64,000 nt of DNA from Fimbriimonadales bacterium (GTDB lineage Bacteria > Armatimonadota > Fimbriimonadia > Fimbriimonadales > ATM1), in assembly GCA_035559795.1 (NCBI GenBank), contig DATMAR010000012.1, positions 426,664 to 490,663 of the forward strand. Direction: 5' to 3'. Positions 9,087-18,305 of the stretch are shown in pieces. A model generated the notes under the pieces. The model was not told the DNA's origin. It worked only from the letters and a program-made list of their open reading frames with translations, and made no database searches. The number at the start of each line of letters is the position of its first letter. Position 1 is the first letter of the stretch. The translations under genes were made by a program, and so were the position numbers.

Positions 9087-10658
9087 TTACTGGACAGTGA
9101 AATGCAAGCAATCAACATCAAGCGTCCAAAGGCTGGGAACAAAGCCAGTCTTCGTCAAGTCGTAGCGAAGTTCTACTTCACCATCCGAATCCTTGATGTA
9201 TACGTTCGGATCGCCAGGAGCATCAACGTCAATGTTCAGCTCTATTGTGCCGACACTGCCGCTGCTAACGACTGTAGAACCCGAAGTGTCCTTCTTCATC
9301 AAGATGAGCGAGTACGCTGCCCCACCGAGACTCGACTTGAACTGCGTATGAATGTGCAGGTTGGTCGCACCGGTCTTAATCGGTGAGAGTCCCTTATATG
9401 CAACGAGAATCTTTACGCCAGTCACCGATTGCGTTCGCTCACGGTTCGTCTTGTCGTAAATGTTGTCACATACGTAGGTGTCGGACAAATCACCAGCAGC
9501 ATCTTGACCACGGATAATAACCTTCGTGCTCGCTGTGAATTCAGACGCGCTTGACTGATTCGCTCGCATGTAGAAGTTCGCTACCGGAGTACCGCCGAAC
9601 CAGAAAGCATTCCAGCCGGGATAACCCGGATAGTCTTTGATCACGAACCAGTTTTCACTCCATCCGACAACCGGCGGGCTGAAAATCACCAACCCTGCCC
9701 AGTCACCAGCCACATTTGTCATTCCTGTGAAAGTGACCGTGACATAGAACGAATCCGGAACACTCAAGCCGAGACCTGTCAATGTGATTTCGGTCGGCCC
9801 ACCAGGAGCGAGGTCTTGAGGCGCGGATTCATAAAGAAGGGTGTCCGGCGCCGGGAAGCCATTCGTGGTCGAACCGCCATCATGACGATACACACGAATG
9901 ATGACTTTCTCGTCACCTTGTTCCACTGCTAAATCAGCGAAGTAACCGATTGTTACGGAATCGATATTCGTGCCACGCATTGTGCTCGAACCTTCGGGTG
10001 ATATCCAGTCACCATACTCCGTATTGTGCGGGAAGAAGAAACCGGTATCGTTTAGGCTGTTATCAAAAACAGCAGGGCCAGGCGCCGCGCCTGTCCAGAG
10101 GCTAACACCGAAGTTTGCAATTGGGGCACCACCGAAATAGTACTGTCCCCAACCACCCGCACTCGGGTCGTTCTCGACGAAGAGGTCTGCACTCGAACCT
10201 GCACTGGGCGGGTCGTACATAAGCATTCCCACGTCCGGTGCGCCACCTTCATTAACATCGAAGTCGAGTGTTGCAAAAAGAGTCTTACTCGGGTCCACCG
10301 TCACTGGGGTAGCAAGTTTCACTGTGATAAGGGTTTCGTCGTCAATAACAGGGACGTCTAACGCTTCGACTTTCATTTCACCGGCGCTGGGCAAGCCATC
10401 GCCATTGGTGTCTTCATAAAGTCGAACATCCACGGTGGGGTTGAGCGCCCAATTCGACTGCCAAACGGCAAATGAAATTTGGTAAACGGTATTGCTCGAA
10501 CCTGCACCGAGAAGAAGATCATCACCATGCTCATTCGGGCTTGGATAGTAATAACCTTGAGCGACGGCTGGATCCATATTGCGGAAACGATTTTCTGCCT
10601 GTCCATAAGCCAAAGCAGCGAGGGCTGCTAAGGGGAGAACCATGGCTATTTTTCTCAT
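9087..10658 (-). CDS. Secreted protein of unknown function with internal domain duplication
   Basis: Signal peptide MRKIAMVLPLAALAALAYGQA. Two modules of about 170 aa end in W..YYFGGAPIANF and FWFGGTPVANF, followed by a third beta-rich domain. I prefer the second ATG (10658), which is preceded by GGAGG. Confidence 0.6.
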   Translation of the reverse strand: MRKIAMVLPLAALAALAYGQAENRFRNMDPAVAQGYYYPSPNEHGDDLLLGAGSSNTVYQISFAVWQSNWALNPTVDVRLYEDTNGDGLPSAGEMKVEALDVPVIDDETLITVKLATPVTVDPSKTLFATLDFDVNEGGAPDVGMLMYDPPSAGSSADLFVENDPSAGGWGQYYFGGAPIANFGVSLWTGAAPGPAVFDNSLNDTGFFFPHNTEYGDWISPEGSSTMRGTNIDSVTIGYFADLAVEQGDEKVIIRVYRHDGGSTTNGFPAPDTLLYESAPQDLAPGGPTEITLTGLGLSVPDSFYVTVTFTGMTNVAGDWAGLVIFSPPVVGWSENWFVIKDYPGYPGWNAFWFGGTPVANFYMRANQSSASEFTASTKVIIRGQDAAGDLSDTYVCDNIYDKTNRERTQSVTGVKILVAYKGLSPIKTGATNLHIHTQFKSSLGGAAYSLILMKKDTSGSTVVSSGSVGTIELNIDVDAPGDPNVYIKDSDGEVELRYDLTKTGFVPSLWTLDVDCLHFTVQ

Positions 10659-10914
10659 ACTTTCCTCCATACAGCTGTAGGTTTAGATATTTGATTAGAC
10701 TCAGCCGGAAAAGGACAAAACGGTATCGTTTTGCCCGAAGAACCTCTGCCGAGCAGAATAAGCCTTTAGACCAGCCAAGTCTGACCTCATTATACTTTAG
10801 AACGGGAGGGAATGAGGCATGGTTCGGGAAAAATTTTTACAAATCCGTAAAAACTATGAGGAAGTTAAATCTTAGGTTTATTTACTTGTCCTACTTTCTC
10901 CGACTCACCCGATT

Positions 10915-11610
10915 TCAATCACGTACCGTCAATTGTTCGATTCGTTTTTCGAAAGTCCCTTGCACTACCATGTCCACATAAATCGAAGGGGTATGAATGC
11001 ATTCGGGGTCGAGTGCCCCGATTTCGACAATTTCTTCGACCTCACAAATTGTTATTCTTCCGGCGGTAGCCATCATAGGGTTAAAATTACGCGCGGTTTT
11101 TCGATAGATTACATTTCCTAATTTATCTGCTTTATATCCTTTCACTAAAGAAACATCTGCGGTAAGCGCAGTCTCGAGCACGAACCAGCGTCCATTGAAT
11201 TCACGAACCTCTTTTCCTTTGGCAACCTCCGTCCCATAACCGGTGGGTGTGTAAAAAGCGGGAATTCCTGCTCCCCCTGCGCGTATTCTCTCTGCTAAAG
11301 TCCCTTGAGGAACGAGTTCGACTTCCAACTCACCACTCAAAAATTGCTTTTCGAAAATATCGTTTTCTCCTACGTAACTCGCTATCATTTTTTTGATTTG
11401 TCGCGTTTGCAGAAGGATTCCCAACCCGAAATCGTCAACGCCGGCGTTGTTGCTGATAATCGTTAGGTCTTTGACTCCCAGTTCTCTCAGCCCTTTGATC
11501 AGGTTTTCGGGGATTCCGCAAAGCCCGAAACCGCCGCACATAATCGTCATTCCGTCACGAACACCGGCTCTTTGCAGAGCCTCCAAGGCACTCCCTACCG
11601 TTTTATCCAC
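10915..11610 (-). CDS. scoA: 3-oxoacid CoA-transferase, subunit A
   Basis: [19 protein letters not shown], the size (231 aa) and overall collinearity match ScoA/AtoD family A subunits. Confidence 0.8.
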   Translation of the reverse strand: MDKTVGSALEALQRAGVRDGMTIMCGGFGLCGIPENLIKGLRELGVKDLTIISNNAGVDDFGLGILLQTRQIKKMIASYVGENDIFEKQFLSGELEVELVPQGTLAERIRAGGAGIPAFYTPTGYGTEVAKGKEVREFNGRWFVLETALTADVSLVKGYKADKLGNVIYRKTARNFNPMMATAGRITICEVEEIVEIGALDPECIHTPSIYVDMVVQGTFEKRIEQLTVRD

Positions 11611-11741
11611 GGTAACGGTTTATACCATAGATTTTTGAAAACATTTTCTTTGGCTTATTTTTTTCCCGTAAAAATAATTTTTTAGGAACGACCCTTGGAA
11701 AATGCATTTCTGCATAAAACTTCCGATTATTTAAAATGCGA

Positions 11742-11768
11742 GAGGGACGGGGTGGTGGACCGTCCCTC
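11742..11768. other. Strong orphan hairpin in a divergent intergenic region
   Basis: Perfect 9-bp stem GAGGGACGG / CCGTCCCTC with a 9-nt loop. No annotated gene reads into it on either strand. Confidence 0.5.
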
Positions 11769-11851
11769 CACATTCACGCGAAGCCGAGAACATTAACCCT
11801 AACTCCGCGCCTCTCCTTTTGCCAACCCGGAATACAACCGGATAAAATCTA

Positions 11852-11881
11852 TTGTACACAAAAATCTTCGAAAATGTACAA
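11852..11881. promoter_or_regulatory. Inverted repeat TTGTACA-N16-TGTACAA (operator-like)
   Basis: Perfect 7-nt arms located about 100 nt upstream of the 11985 gene start. Confidence 0.3.
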
Positions 11882-11984
11882 AATCCTCGTAATATTACGT
11901 GCATAACTTATATAAAAATTTGTTAAATTTTTTCAGCCTTTACCCTAAGAAATGAAGCCGTTTCTGCCGGAATTATAAGGAGAG

Positions 11985-12443
11985 ATGGTTTTAGGGCTTA
12001 TTTTCTACGCGCTTGTTTCCCTGGCGATTACTTTCGGCATCTTGGTCATCCGGGCTTGGTTCACACGCGTGGGGATTTTAGGTGAGCATCCTGCTACACA
12101 ACGATTGCTCATGATTTGGATAATCGTTTTCGCACTTCCCTATATCTGGGTCGAAGTATTGACATTCTGGAAAGGTAAAGAATTCGAAGAGGAAATTTCA
12201 TACATCGCCTATAGCGAAAAAATCTTGGGAGAACCACTTTATTACAAAGTTCAGTACGCATTCCGAGGAACAGGAAAAGTCATCCTTATTGCTGAAGATA
12301 CGAGCGAATGGGGGGGAACGTTTCGAAATATATACTCCATTTCCTTTTCGCACAATGGAAAAGGATGGGTAGCCAAGCGAATTGACGAAGTGAACACGGA
12401 AGACGGCGACTCCGCAGGCTTTACTTTCCCTCCTTACTGGTAA
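11985..12443 (+). CDS. Hypothetical membrane protein
   Basis: Two N-terminal hydrophobic helices and a GGAGAG RBS. No recognisable motif. Confidence 0.5.
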   Translation: MVLGLIFYALVSLAITFGILVIRAWFTRVGILGEHPATQRLLMIWIIVFALPYIWVEVLTFWKGKEFEEEISYIAYSEKILGEPLYYKVQYAFRGTGKVILIAEDTSEWGGTFRNIYSISFSHNGKGWVAKRIDEVNTEDGDSAGFTFPPYW

Positions 12444-12489
12444 TCCATTTCACGCTTTCCTCTCCCAAAGCAAGGTAAAATAAGTACTG

Positions 12490-13582
12490 ATGTACGAACT
12501 CAAAGTGCAGGAAGCGCTATCAGAAGCAAAACGTCGTCTCGACGCAATCGGAGAACATCTTTGACGTACGTTCCATAAAAGAAGAAATCGAACGTCTTCG
12601 TCAACAAATTAACGCACCAGACTTCTGGGAAAACCCAAAGCAAGCCCAAGCGGTAATGCGTCGTCTCTCTGCTTTAGAAGGGAGAATCGAACCACTCGAA
12701 AAACTACGCAAATCGCTGCAAGACATCACTGAGTTGCAAGCCTTGCTCGAACTTTCGCCCGACCCCGAAACGGAACGTTCCTTAGAAGAAATGATTCGTT
12801 CCTTCTTGCGTGAACTCGACGAATACGAACTCAAAGTGCTCCTCGATGATGAATACGATATTAGAAACGCAATCGTGGAAATCAGCGCAGGAGCAGGCGG
12901 CACCGAAGCCTGCGATTGGGCGAGGATGCTTTACCGAATGTACACTCGATGGGCAGAAAGAAAAAATTATAAAGTCGAAGAGCTATCCATGACTCCTGGC
13001 GAAGTGACCGGAATTCGAAATGTGACTTTTCGCGTCGAAGGACCTTATGCCTATGGGTATCTGAAGTCGGAGCATGGCGTTCATCGTTTAGTCCGCATTA
13101 GCCCATTCGATGCCACGAACCGCAGGCACACCTCTTTCGCCCTCGTCAATGTCCTGCCAGAGGTCGAAGAAACCGAAATTAACCTCAAACCCGAAGAATT
13201 GAAAATTGAAACCTTCCGGGCAAGCGGAGCTGGCGGTCAGCACGTCAACAAAACGGAATCTGCGGTGAGAATCATCCACATTCCTACAGGAATCGTAGTA
13301 AGTTGTCAAAACGAGCGCAGCCAGCACAAAAATCGCGCCACCGCTATGAAAATTCTCGCGGCTCGACTCGCCGCTTTAGCAAGAAACCAGACGGAGGAAC
13401 GACTCCACCAAATGCGAGGAGATTTGACGTCGGCAGAATGGGGAAAGCAAATTCGCTCTTATATCATGCAGCCTTATGCGCTCGTCAAAGACCAGCGGAC
13501 CCAGTACGAGACAACAAACGTGCAAGCCGTTTTAGATGGCGAGATTGACGAGTTTATCGCTGCTTACCTCAGGAAAAAATAA
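12490..13582 (+). CDS. prfB: Peptide chain release factor 2, expressed via programmed +1 frameshift
   Basis: Frame 0 runs from ATG 12490 (MYELKVQEALSEAKRRLDAIGEHL) to TGA 12562-12564. The +1 frame from 12563 reads DVRSIKEEIERLRQQINAPDFWENP and continues into the 12656-13582 ORF, which carries the SPF and GGQ motifs. Confidence 0.93.
12550..12565 (+). other. RF2 autoregulatory +1 frameshift site (GGAG-N5-CTT TGA C)
   Basis: CTT TGA C at 12559-12565 with an SD-like GGAG at 12550-12553. Confidence 0.9.
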
Positions 13583-13623
13583 CGTTTTTTTCACAGAGGT
13601 TGTCCTTAGAAGGAGTCTTCGAT

Positions 13624-13652
13624 TTGTAATATGCCCTCCGAAGCGTTATAAT
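13624..13652 (+). promoter_or_regulatory. Sigma-70-like promoter (TTGTAA-17 nt-TATAAT)
   Basis: -35 at 13624-13629 and -10 at 13647-13652, about 70 nt upstream of the 13725 start. Confidence 0.5.
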
Positions 13653-13724
13653 TTGAATAACGCAACGTTAAAGTGTGAGAAGTTGCGAAACACAAGAGAA
13701 CCTCGAGTGTCTAAATTAGTAAGA

Positions 13725-14294
13725 ATGCGCGCGTTTATTGCTCTCCTTGGCTTCCTTTTTACGATTCCTGTGTCCGCCCAGCTCTCGAACGACCCAGGGG
13801 CAGGACCTCACGCCCGCGCACAAGCCGCAGCAGATTTGATACGCGAGGCAGCAAAAACCCCTTTAGCCTTCCTCCCAGCAGGACTCTTGAAGCAACCCGA
13901 CCCAGGTGGAGACCTGGCTTTTCTCATTCTTTATCCCACCAACGAAATTGTCGTCGTGCGTCTGAGCGGGGCTGAAATTCGGGAAGCCCTCGAGCGTTCT
14001 TTAGCCAGTTATCCCGCTTCCAGCAACGCCTTCCTTCAAATCTCAGGTGCAACGGTAATTTTCTCTCCTTCCGCTACGAGAGAACGCGTAATCGAAGTGA
14101 AAATTGGCGATTCTCTTTTAGAACCTTCACGTCAATATGAGGTGGCTATGCCAGAATCCTTAGCGCGTGGTGCGCTGGGATATTTCAAAATATGGGACAA
14201 ATCGAAAATCGTAAGAAATGTCGGGAAAACGCTGGACGAAGTGCTCAAGGGCAAAACGGACATCGCGCGTTCACCACGATACATCGCTCGCTAA
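13725..14294 (+). CDS. Secreted 5'-nucleotidase C-terminal-domain-like protein
   Basis: Signal peptide MRAFIALLGFLFTIPVSAQ. The segment VVVRLSGAEIREALE...FLQISG...YEVAMP resembles the substrate-binding C-domain of 5'-nucleotidases. The upstream part of the tracked ORF (13536-) has no protein-like character. Confidence 0.55.
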   Translation: MRAFIALLGFLFTIPVSAQLSNDPGAGPHARAQAAADLIREAAKTPLAFLPAGLLKQPDPGGDLAFLILYPTNEIVVVRLSGAEIREALERSLASYPASSNAFLQISGATVIFSPSATRERVIEVKIGDSLLEPSRQYEVAMPESLARGALGYFKIWDKSKIVRNVGKTLDEVLKGKTDIARSPRYIAR

Positions 14295-15178
14295 TCGCAA
14301 CCGCTTTTTTATTCGGTTGTTCTTCTTCTGCTTTTCATAACGTATCCGATACGCTGTTCGATGGCGAAAAAGCATTCGCGCTTTTAAAAGCACAAACGGA
14401 TTTCGGACCGCGATACTCGGGCACTCAGGCGCACATCAAAATGCGCGATTGGTTAGTCTCTCAGGCAAAGCAATACACGGATAAAGTCTCCATCCAAGAA
14501 TTTCAACACACTTGGAGCACGAATGGTAAAACGCTGAAAATGTATAACGTTATTGCCGATATGGATTTTAAAGCGAAAAAAAGAATTCTCCTCGTCGCAC
14601 ATTGGGACACTCGACCTACCGCCGACCAAGAACTCGATTCCGCGAAACGCAACAAGCCCATCCTCGGAGCGAACGACGGAGCGAGCGGGGTCGCAGTTTT
14701 ACTGGAACTCATGCGCGCATTCCGAGAAAATCCCCCCCCTGTAAACATTACGTTTCTTTTCGTAGATGGAGAAGACTTGGGTCCAGAATCCAACGATATG
14801 TTTCTCGGCGCAAAATATTTCGCAAAAACCACGAACCCTCGTCTATACGCTTACGGAATTTTGCTCGACATGATCGGGGATAAAAATCTACGAATCCCGA
14901 AAGAATCGTTCAGCGTGTACTATGCTTCCTCGCTCGTGGAGCGCTTTTACGCTCATGCGGCGAAAATCGGATTGGGGAAATATTTTCCGAACGCCTCTCA
15001 ATCGTGGATTTCTGACGACCACGTGCCGCTAAACGAGGCAGGTATTCCTACCATGGACCTCATCGATTTCGATTATCCGTACTGGCATACCTTAGATGAC
15101 ACTCCGGATAAATGCAGCGCTGACTCGTTAGCGGTCGTTGGTCGTGCAGTAGAGTCTTTCCTTCGCGCGGAAAAATAA
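14192..15178 (+). CDS. M28-family zinc peptidase / glutaminyl cyclase-like lipoprotein
   Basis: LLVAHWDTRPTAD, NDGASGVAVLLE and FLFVDGEDLG metal-site motifs. A lipobox LFGC lies near residue 42. The start is uncertain: ATG 14192 overlaps the upstream gene by 103 nt. Confidence 0.75.
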   Translation: MGQIENRKKCRENAGRSAQGQNGHRAFTTIHRSLIATAFLFGCSSSAFHNVSDTLFDGEKAFALLKAQTDFGPRYSGTQAHIKMRDWLVSQAKQYTDKVSIQEFQHTWSTNGKTLKMYNVIADMDFKAKKRILLVAHWDTRPTADQELDSAKRNKPILGANDGASGVAVLLELMRAFRENPPPVNITFLFVDGEDLGPESNDMFLGAKYFAKTTNPRLYAYGILLDMIGDKNLRIPKESFSVYYASSLVERFYAHAAKIGLGKYFPNASQSWISDDHVPLNEAGIPTMDLIDFDYPYWHTLDDTPDKCSADSLAVVGRAVESFLRAEK

Positions 15179-15228
15179 AACCTTTAGTAACCTGTAATTC
15201 GAACGAGTTTTTCACGAAAAAGCTAAGT

Positions 15229-15468
15229 TTGGCATTTCGTTTTGCCAAAGAAAAGAATGTGCGCAAGAAGAAAAGTACGAAGCCCATAAAAGTATGCCCT
15301 GGGTGCAACGCCGTCAATGTCGCTTCTCATGACACATGCTATCGCTGCGGGTGGAAGGGAAAGTTCTACAATGACTCGAAGTTATTAGACAGCGTAATAA
15401 AAAACCTTTTCGATAGCCGAACCGAAGGTCAAAACTACACACATGCTGTGATTCGAACGGACAAATGA
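15229..15468 (+). CDS. Small zinc-ribbon protein (hypothetical)
   Basis: CPGC-x12-CYRC motif and a basic N-terminus. TTG start; an alternative GTG lies a few codons downstream. Confidence 0.4.
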   Translation: MAFRFAKEKNVRKKKSTKPIKVCPGCNAVNVASHDTCYRCGWKGKFYNDSKLLDSVIKNLFDSRTEGQNYTHAVIRTDK

Positions 15469-15638
15469 AGAACAGACAAATGAAGTGGTCAAACCCTCGA
15501 ACATTGACCTTGATGAATAATCGCGCCTCTGTCCTTCAACAAAATTTCTTTTTCATATAACTTTTGAAGAAAAACTTAGCATTTCCTCTAATAGAAAGAG
15601 AAATTCGCTAACTCGTCTTCCCTAAAATCATTTTTCTC

Positions 15639-15733
15639 CATCGCGCCTCACGGCGCTCCTACAAGTTTGAATTATCGCGCCTTACGGCGCTCCTACAAGT
15701 TTGGTAAATCATCGCGCCTTACAGCGCTCCTAC
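15639..15733. repeat. REP-like hairpin repeat, tandem triplet (locus 2)
   Basis: Units TCGCGCCT(C/T)AC(G/A)GCGCTCCTAC at 15641-15662, 15675-15696 and 15712-15733. The first two are followed by AAGTTTG. Confidence 0.85.
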
Positions 15734-15797
15734 CATTTACTTCTCGCTGTGACACTCAAATACACACGTCTTTCTGCTATGCTATTGCTCTTCGGAC

Positions 15798-16463
15798 ATG
15801 ATTCCTATTCGCGAAAGAGGAAGACTGCGAGAATTTCCTTTCGTTACGTACACCCTCGTTATCCTCCTCATCGTAATTTATCTCTGGGACAGAGAATGGT
15901 CGCTCTTCGGTGAACGGGTGGTTTTCACTGACCTCGCGGTGCGACCGGTAGACGTGATTCGCGCTCTTTATGGAGGGGATAAAGAACCTCTAATCACGCT
16001 TTTCACGAGCGCCTTTTTGCACGGAAACATTGCGCATCTTCTCTCGAACCTCATTTTTCTCGTTGTTTTCGCACCGAGAGTAGAGGTGTATTTCGGTGCG
16101 ATGCGTTTTGCCCTTTACTATCTTTTTTGGGGAGTCGCTGCAGCGTTTACGCAAATCATCGTGATGCCCGATAGCGGAACCCCAATGCTCGGTGCATCGG
16201 GTGCTATTGCCGGAGTGATGGGCTCTTATCTGTTGTTATTTCCTGGCGCGCTTATCGAAGTCATCATCCCCCCCCTTTTCTTTTGGACCTTTTATGTTCC
16301 CGCATGGGTAATGCTCACTCTTTGGTTCGTCTTTCAAATATTTTCTCCTCAGATTGGCGTTGCGAACTGGGCGCATGCAGGTGGGTTCTTGGCGGGAATG
16401 ATAATCGTCATGCTTACTGGGAATCGAGAACGCGCTCGTCGTTTGCGTCCCGGAGTGTATTAG
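15798..16463 (+). CDS. Rhomboid-family intramembrane serine protease
   Basis: FLHGNIAHLLSN, catalytic GASGAIAG and AHAGGFLAGM motifs in a 6-TM layout. Confidence 0.9.
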   Translation: MIPIRERGRLREFPFVTYTLVILLIVIYLWDREWSLFGERVVFTDLAVRPVDVIRALYGGDKEPLITLFTSAFLHGNIAHLLSNLIFLVVFAPRVEVYFGAMRFALYYLFWGVAAAFTQIIVMPDSGTPMLGASGAIAGVMGSYLLLFPGALIEVIIPPLFFWTFYVPAWVMLTLWFVFQIFSPQIGVANWAHAGGFLAGMIIVMLTGNRERARRLRPGVY

Positions 16464-18305
16464 ATGGAACGATATCGTGCTCCGAAATGGCTATGGATTT
16501 GTTTAGGAATTAGTTCCCTCGTTGCATTCGGTATCGGAATCGTTCGCTACCGAATGGAAGCGCGGGCAAAAGCCGTTCACCTCGCTGCGCCAATCGAGGA
16601 AATCGAACTTTGTGCCGCGCTTTCCGGTGTTTCGTTCACGGATGCTTTGCAACGATTAAAATCTGCGGGATTAACCGCCGTCGTGGTAAGCGAAGAAACG
16701 TTCGAATCGTTAGAAGAATCAGGAGAAATCGTTCCAACAGTAAAACCGAAACGTGGTTTTCTCGTCCACGATAAAGAACTGTTCGAAAGAATCAAAACTC
16801 TCTACGGCGGTCTTCAACAAACAAAATCTCAATCGCACACTTTGTTTTTCGATGAAAGCGGAACGGAAATCTCTTTGCCAGTCTCTTTGAATGAGATACT
16901 CGTTTACGGAGTCGGTTTCGATAAAACGATTTGCCGAACGATACAAAACTCGGGATTAGCCCTCATCGTTCGCGTAGGAAATCCACCGGTGAATAGCGAC
17001 CGTATGATTCGCGCAATCTTAGGAGAAATGCAATCTGTAAAAGCGCAAGGAGTTATTTTCCAGCAAGACCAAGTTTTAGGATGGAGAGACCAAGCGGAAT
17101 TCGCTGCAAGCGCATTGCAAAAAGCCGGAATCTGGTACGGGTCGGTCGAATTCGCAAATCAAGCGGGAGACCGTGTTTATCTGCGTGTCGCACCGGAAAA
17201 CGTTCTCCGCGTGCATAGCGTTTTGCCAGCGGAAATGACGCAAAACGAAATCTCTACAATTAAAGAGAGATACGTTCGCGCTGCCACGGAGCGCAACATT
17301 CGAGTCTGCTATCTTCGCCCCCCCGGAAATAGCAAAGAGAGTTCTTTAGCAGGATTCGGAAGTTTTATTTCGAACATAAGAGACTCTCTGCGAGCGGAAG
17401 GTTACGATGCGAAAAATCCTAATTCGGTGCGTTCGCCCGAAATCCCCACGCTTTTTCGTTTCGTCTTGGCTTTGGGTACCGCACTTCTCGCAATTTGGCT
17501 CGTGGAAGTTCTGCTTCCTCACACGCCATGGAAAGCGCTCATAGCGCTCGTTATTTTGGTGATTACTTTATCCATTTGGTTTTCTCCATTCGCTTTGAAA
17601 ATAAGCGCGCTTATCGCCGCGATTTCCTTCCCTACATGGGCAATGTTGGAGGGCTTTGCGCGCATCTCTTCGGGAGAAAAACGTTATTGGAGCCTGTTTT
17701 ATATCGGCATCAGCCTCATAAGCATTTTCGGGGGGCTGCACGTCGCAGGAATGCTCACTTCTTTGCCCTTCATGATAAAAGCCGATCAATTTCTCGGGGT
17801 GAAATTAGCGCATATCCTTCCACCCGTGATCATAGGAAGCGTCTTCCTCTTTCGACAAGTACCTATGCGTTCCTTATTAGGAAAAGAAGTTCGTTGGTTG
17901 GACATCGCTGTGATTATCGTTTTGCTTCTCGCACTGATCATTTTAGTCGTGCGTACAGGAAACGAATCCCCGACTGCTGTTTCGAGTTGGGAACTCCGAG
18001 CGCGAGAAATCCTCGACCAAATCTTGCCCGAACGGCCACGGACGAAAGAAATCTTTTTGGGTAATCCCGCTTTGGTGTTAGGTTTGATTTTTGCATTGCG
18101 AAGCGAATGGAGATTCGTTCCGCTGTTGGGTTTCGCCGCCGCCATCGGACAAGCAAGCATCGTCAACACCTTCTGCCACTTGCATACTCCTATCGAAGTG
18201 AGTGTGGTACGAACGCTAGTCGGTCTTTTCGTGGGGGCTATAATCGGCCTTATCTTGTGGGGGATTATTCGCCCTCAATTCAGGGAGCATAGGACATCGA
18301 ATTAG
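16464..18305 (+). CDS. Large polytopic membrane protein of unknown function
   Basis: One N-terminal TM helix, a soluble domain of about 300 aa, then about 8 TM helices. Its ATG abuts the rhomboid stop codon. Confidence 0.6.
   Translation: MERYRAPKWLWICLGISSLVAFGIGIVRYRMEARAKAVHLAAPIEEIELCAALSGVSFTDALQRLKSAGLTAVVVSEETFESLEESGEIVPTVKPKRGFLVHDKELFERIKTLYGGLQQTKSQSHTLFFDESGTEISLPVSLNEILVYGVGFDKTICRTIQNSGLALIVRVGNPPVNSDRMIRAILGEMQSVKAQGVIFQQDQVLGWRDQAEFAASALQKAGIWYGSVEFANQAGDRVYLRVAPENVLRVHSVLPAEMTQNEISTIKERYVRAATERNIRVCYLRPPGNSKESSLAGFGSFISNIRDSLRAEGYDAKNPNSVRSPEIPTLFRFVLALGTALLAIWLVEVLLPHTPWKALIALVILVITLSIWFSPFALKISALIAAISFPTWAMLEGFARISSGEKRYWSLFYIGISLISIFGGLHVAGMLTSLPFMIKADQFLGVKLAHILPPVIIGSVFLFRQVPMRSLLGKEVRWLDIAVIIVLLLALIILVVRTGNESPTAVSSWELRAREILDQILPERPRTKEIFLGNPALVLGLIFALRSEWRFVPLLGFAAAIGQASIVNTFCHLHTPIEVSVVRTLVGLFVGAIIGLILWGIIRPQFREHRTSN

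Noticed and set aside
10671-10914. Remnant of a scoB gene or a small RNA downstream of scoA
   Set aside because: Translation of the - strand shows no ScoB-like sequence. There is only an AT-rich spacer with a weak hairpin (about 10722-10745) and a TATAAT that probably serves the next gene.
11742-11775. GGACGGGG...CCGTCCCTCCACA loosely resembles the 3' acceptor/T-arm end of tmRNA or a tRNA
   Set aside because: The loop (GGTGGTGGA) is not a T-loop. There is no CCA-proximal acceptor pairing partner upstream, and no tag-peptide reading frame or pseudoknot context is visible. It is kept only as an orphan hairpin.
15463-15490. Short direct repeat ACAAATGAAG x2 at the end of the small zinc-ribbon ORF
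   Set aside because: It is only 10 nt with two copies, which is within chance expectation for a 64-kb window. No associated structure was seen.
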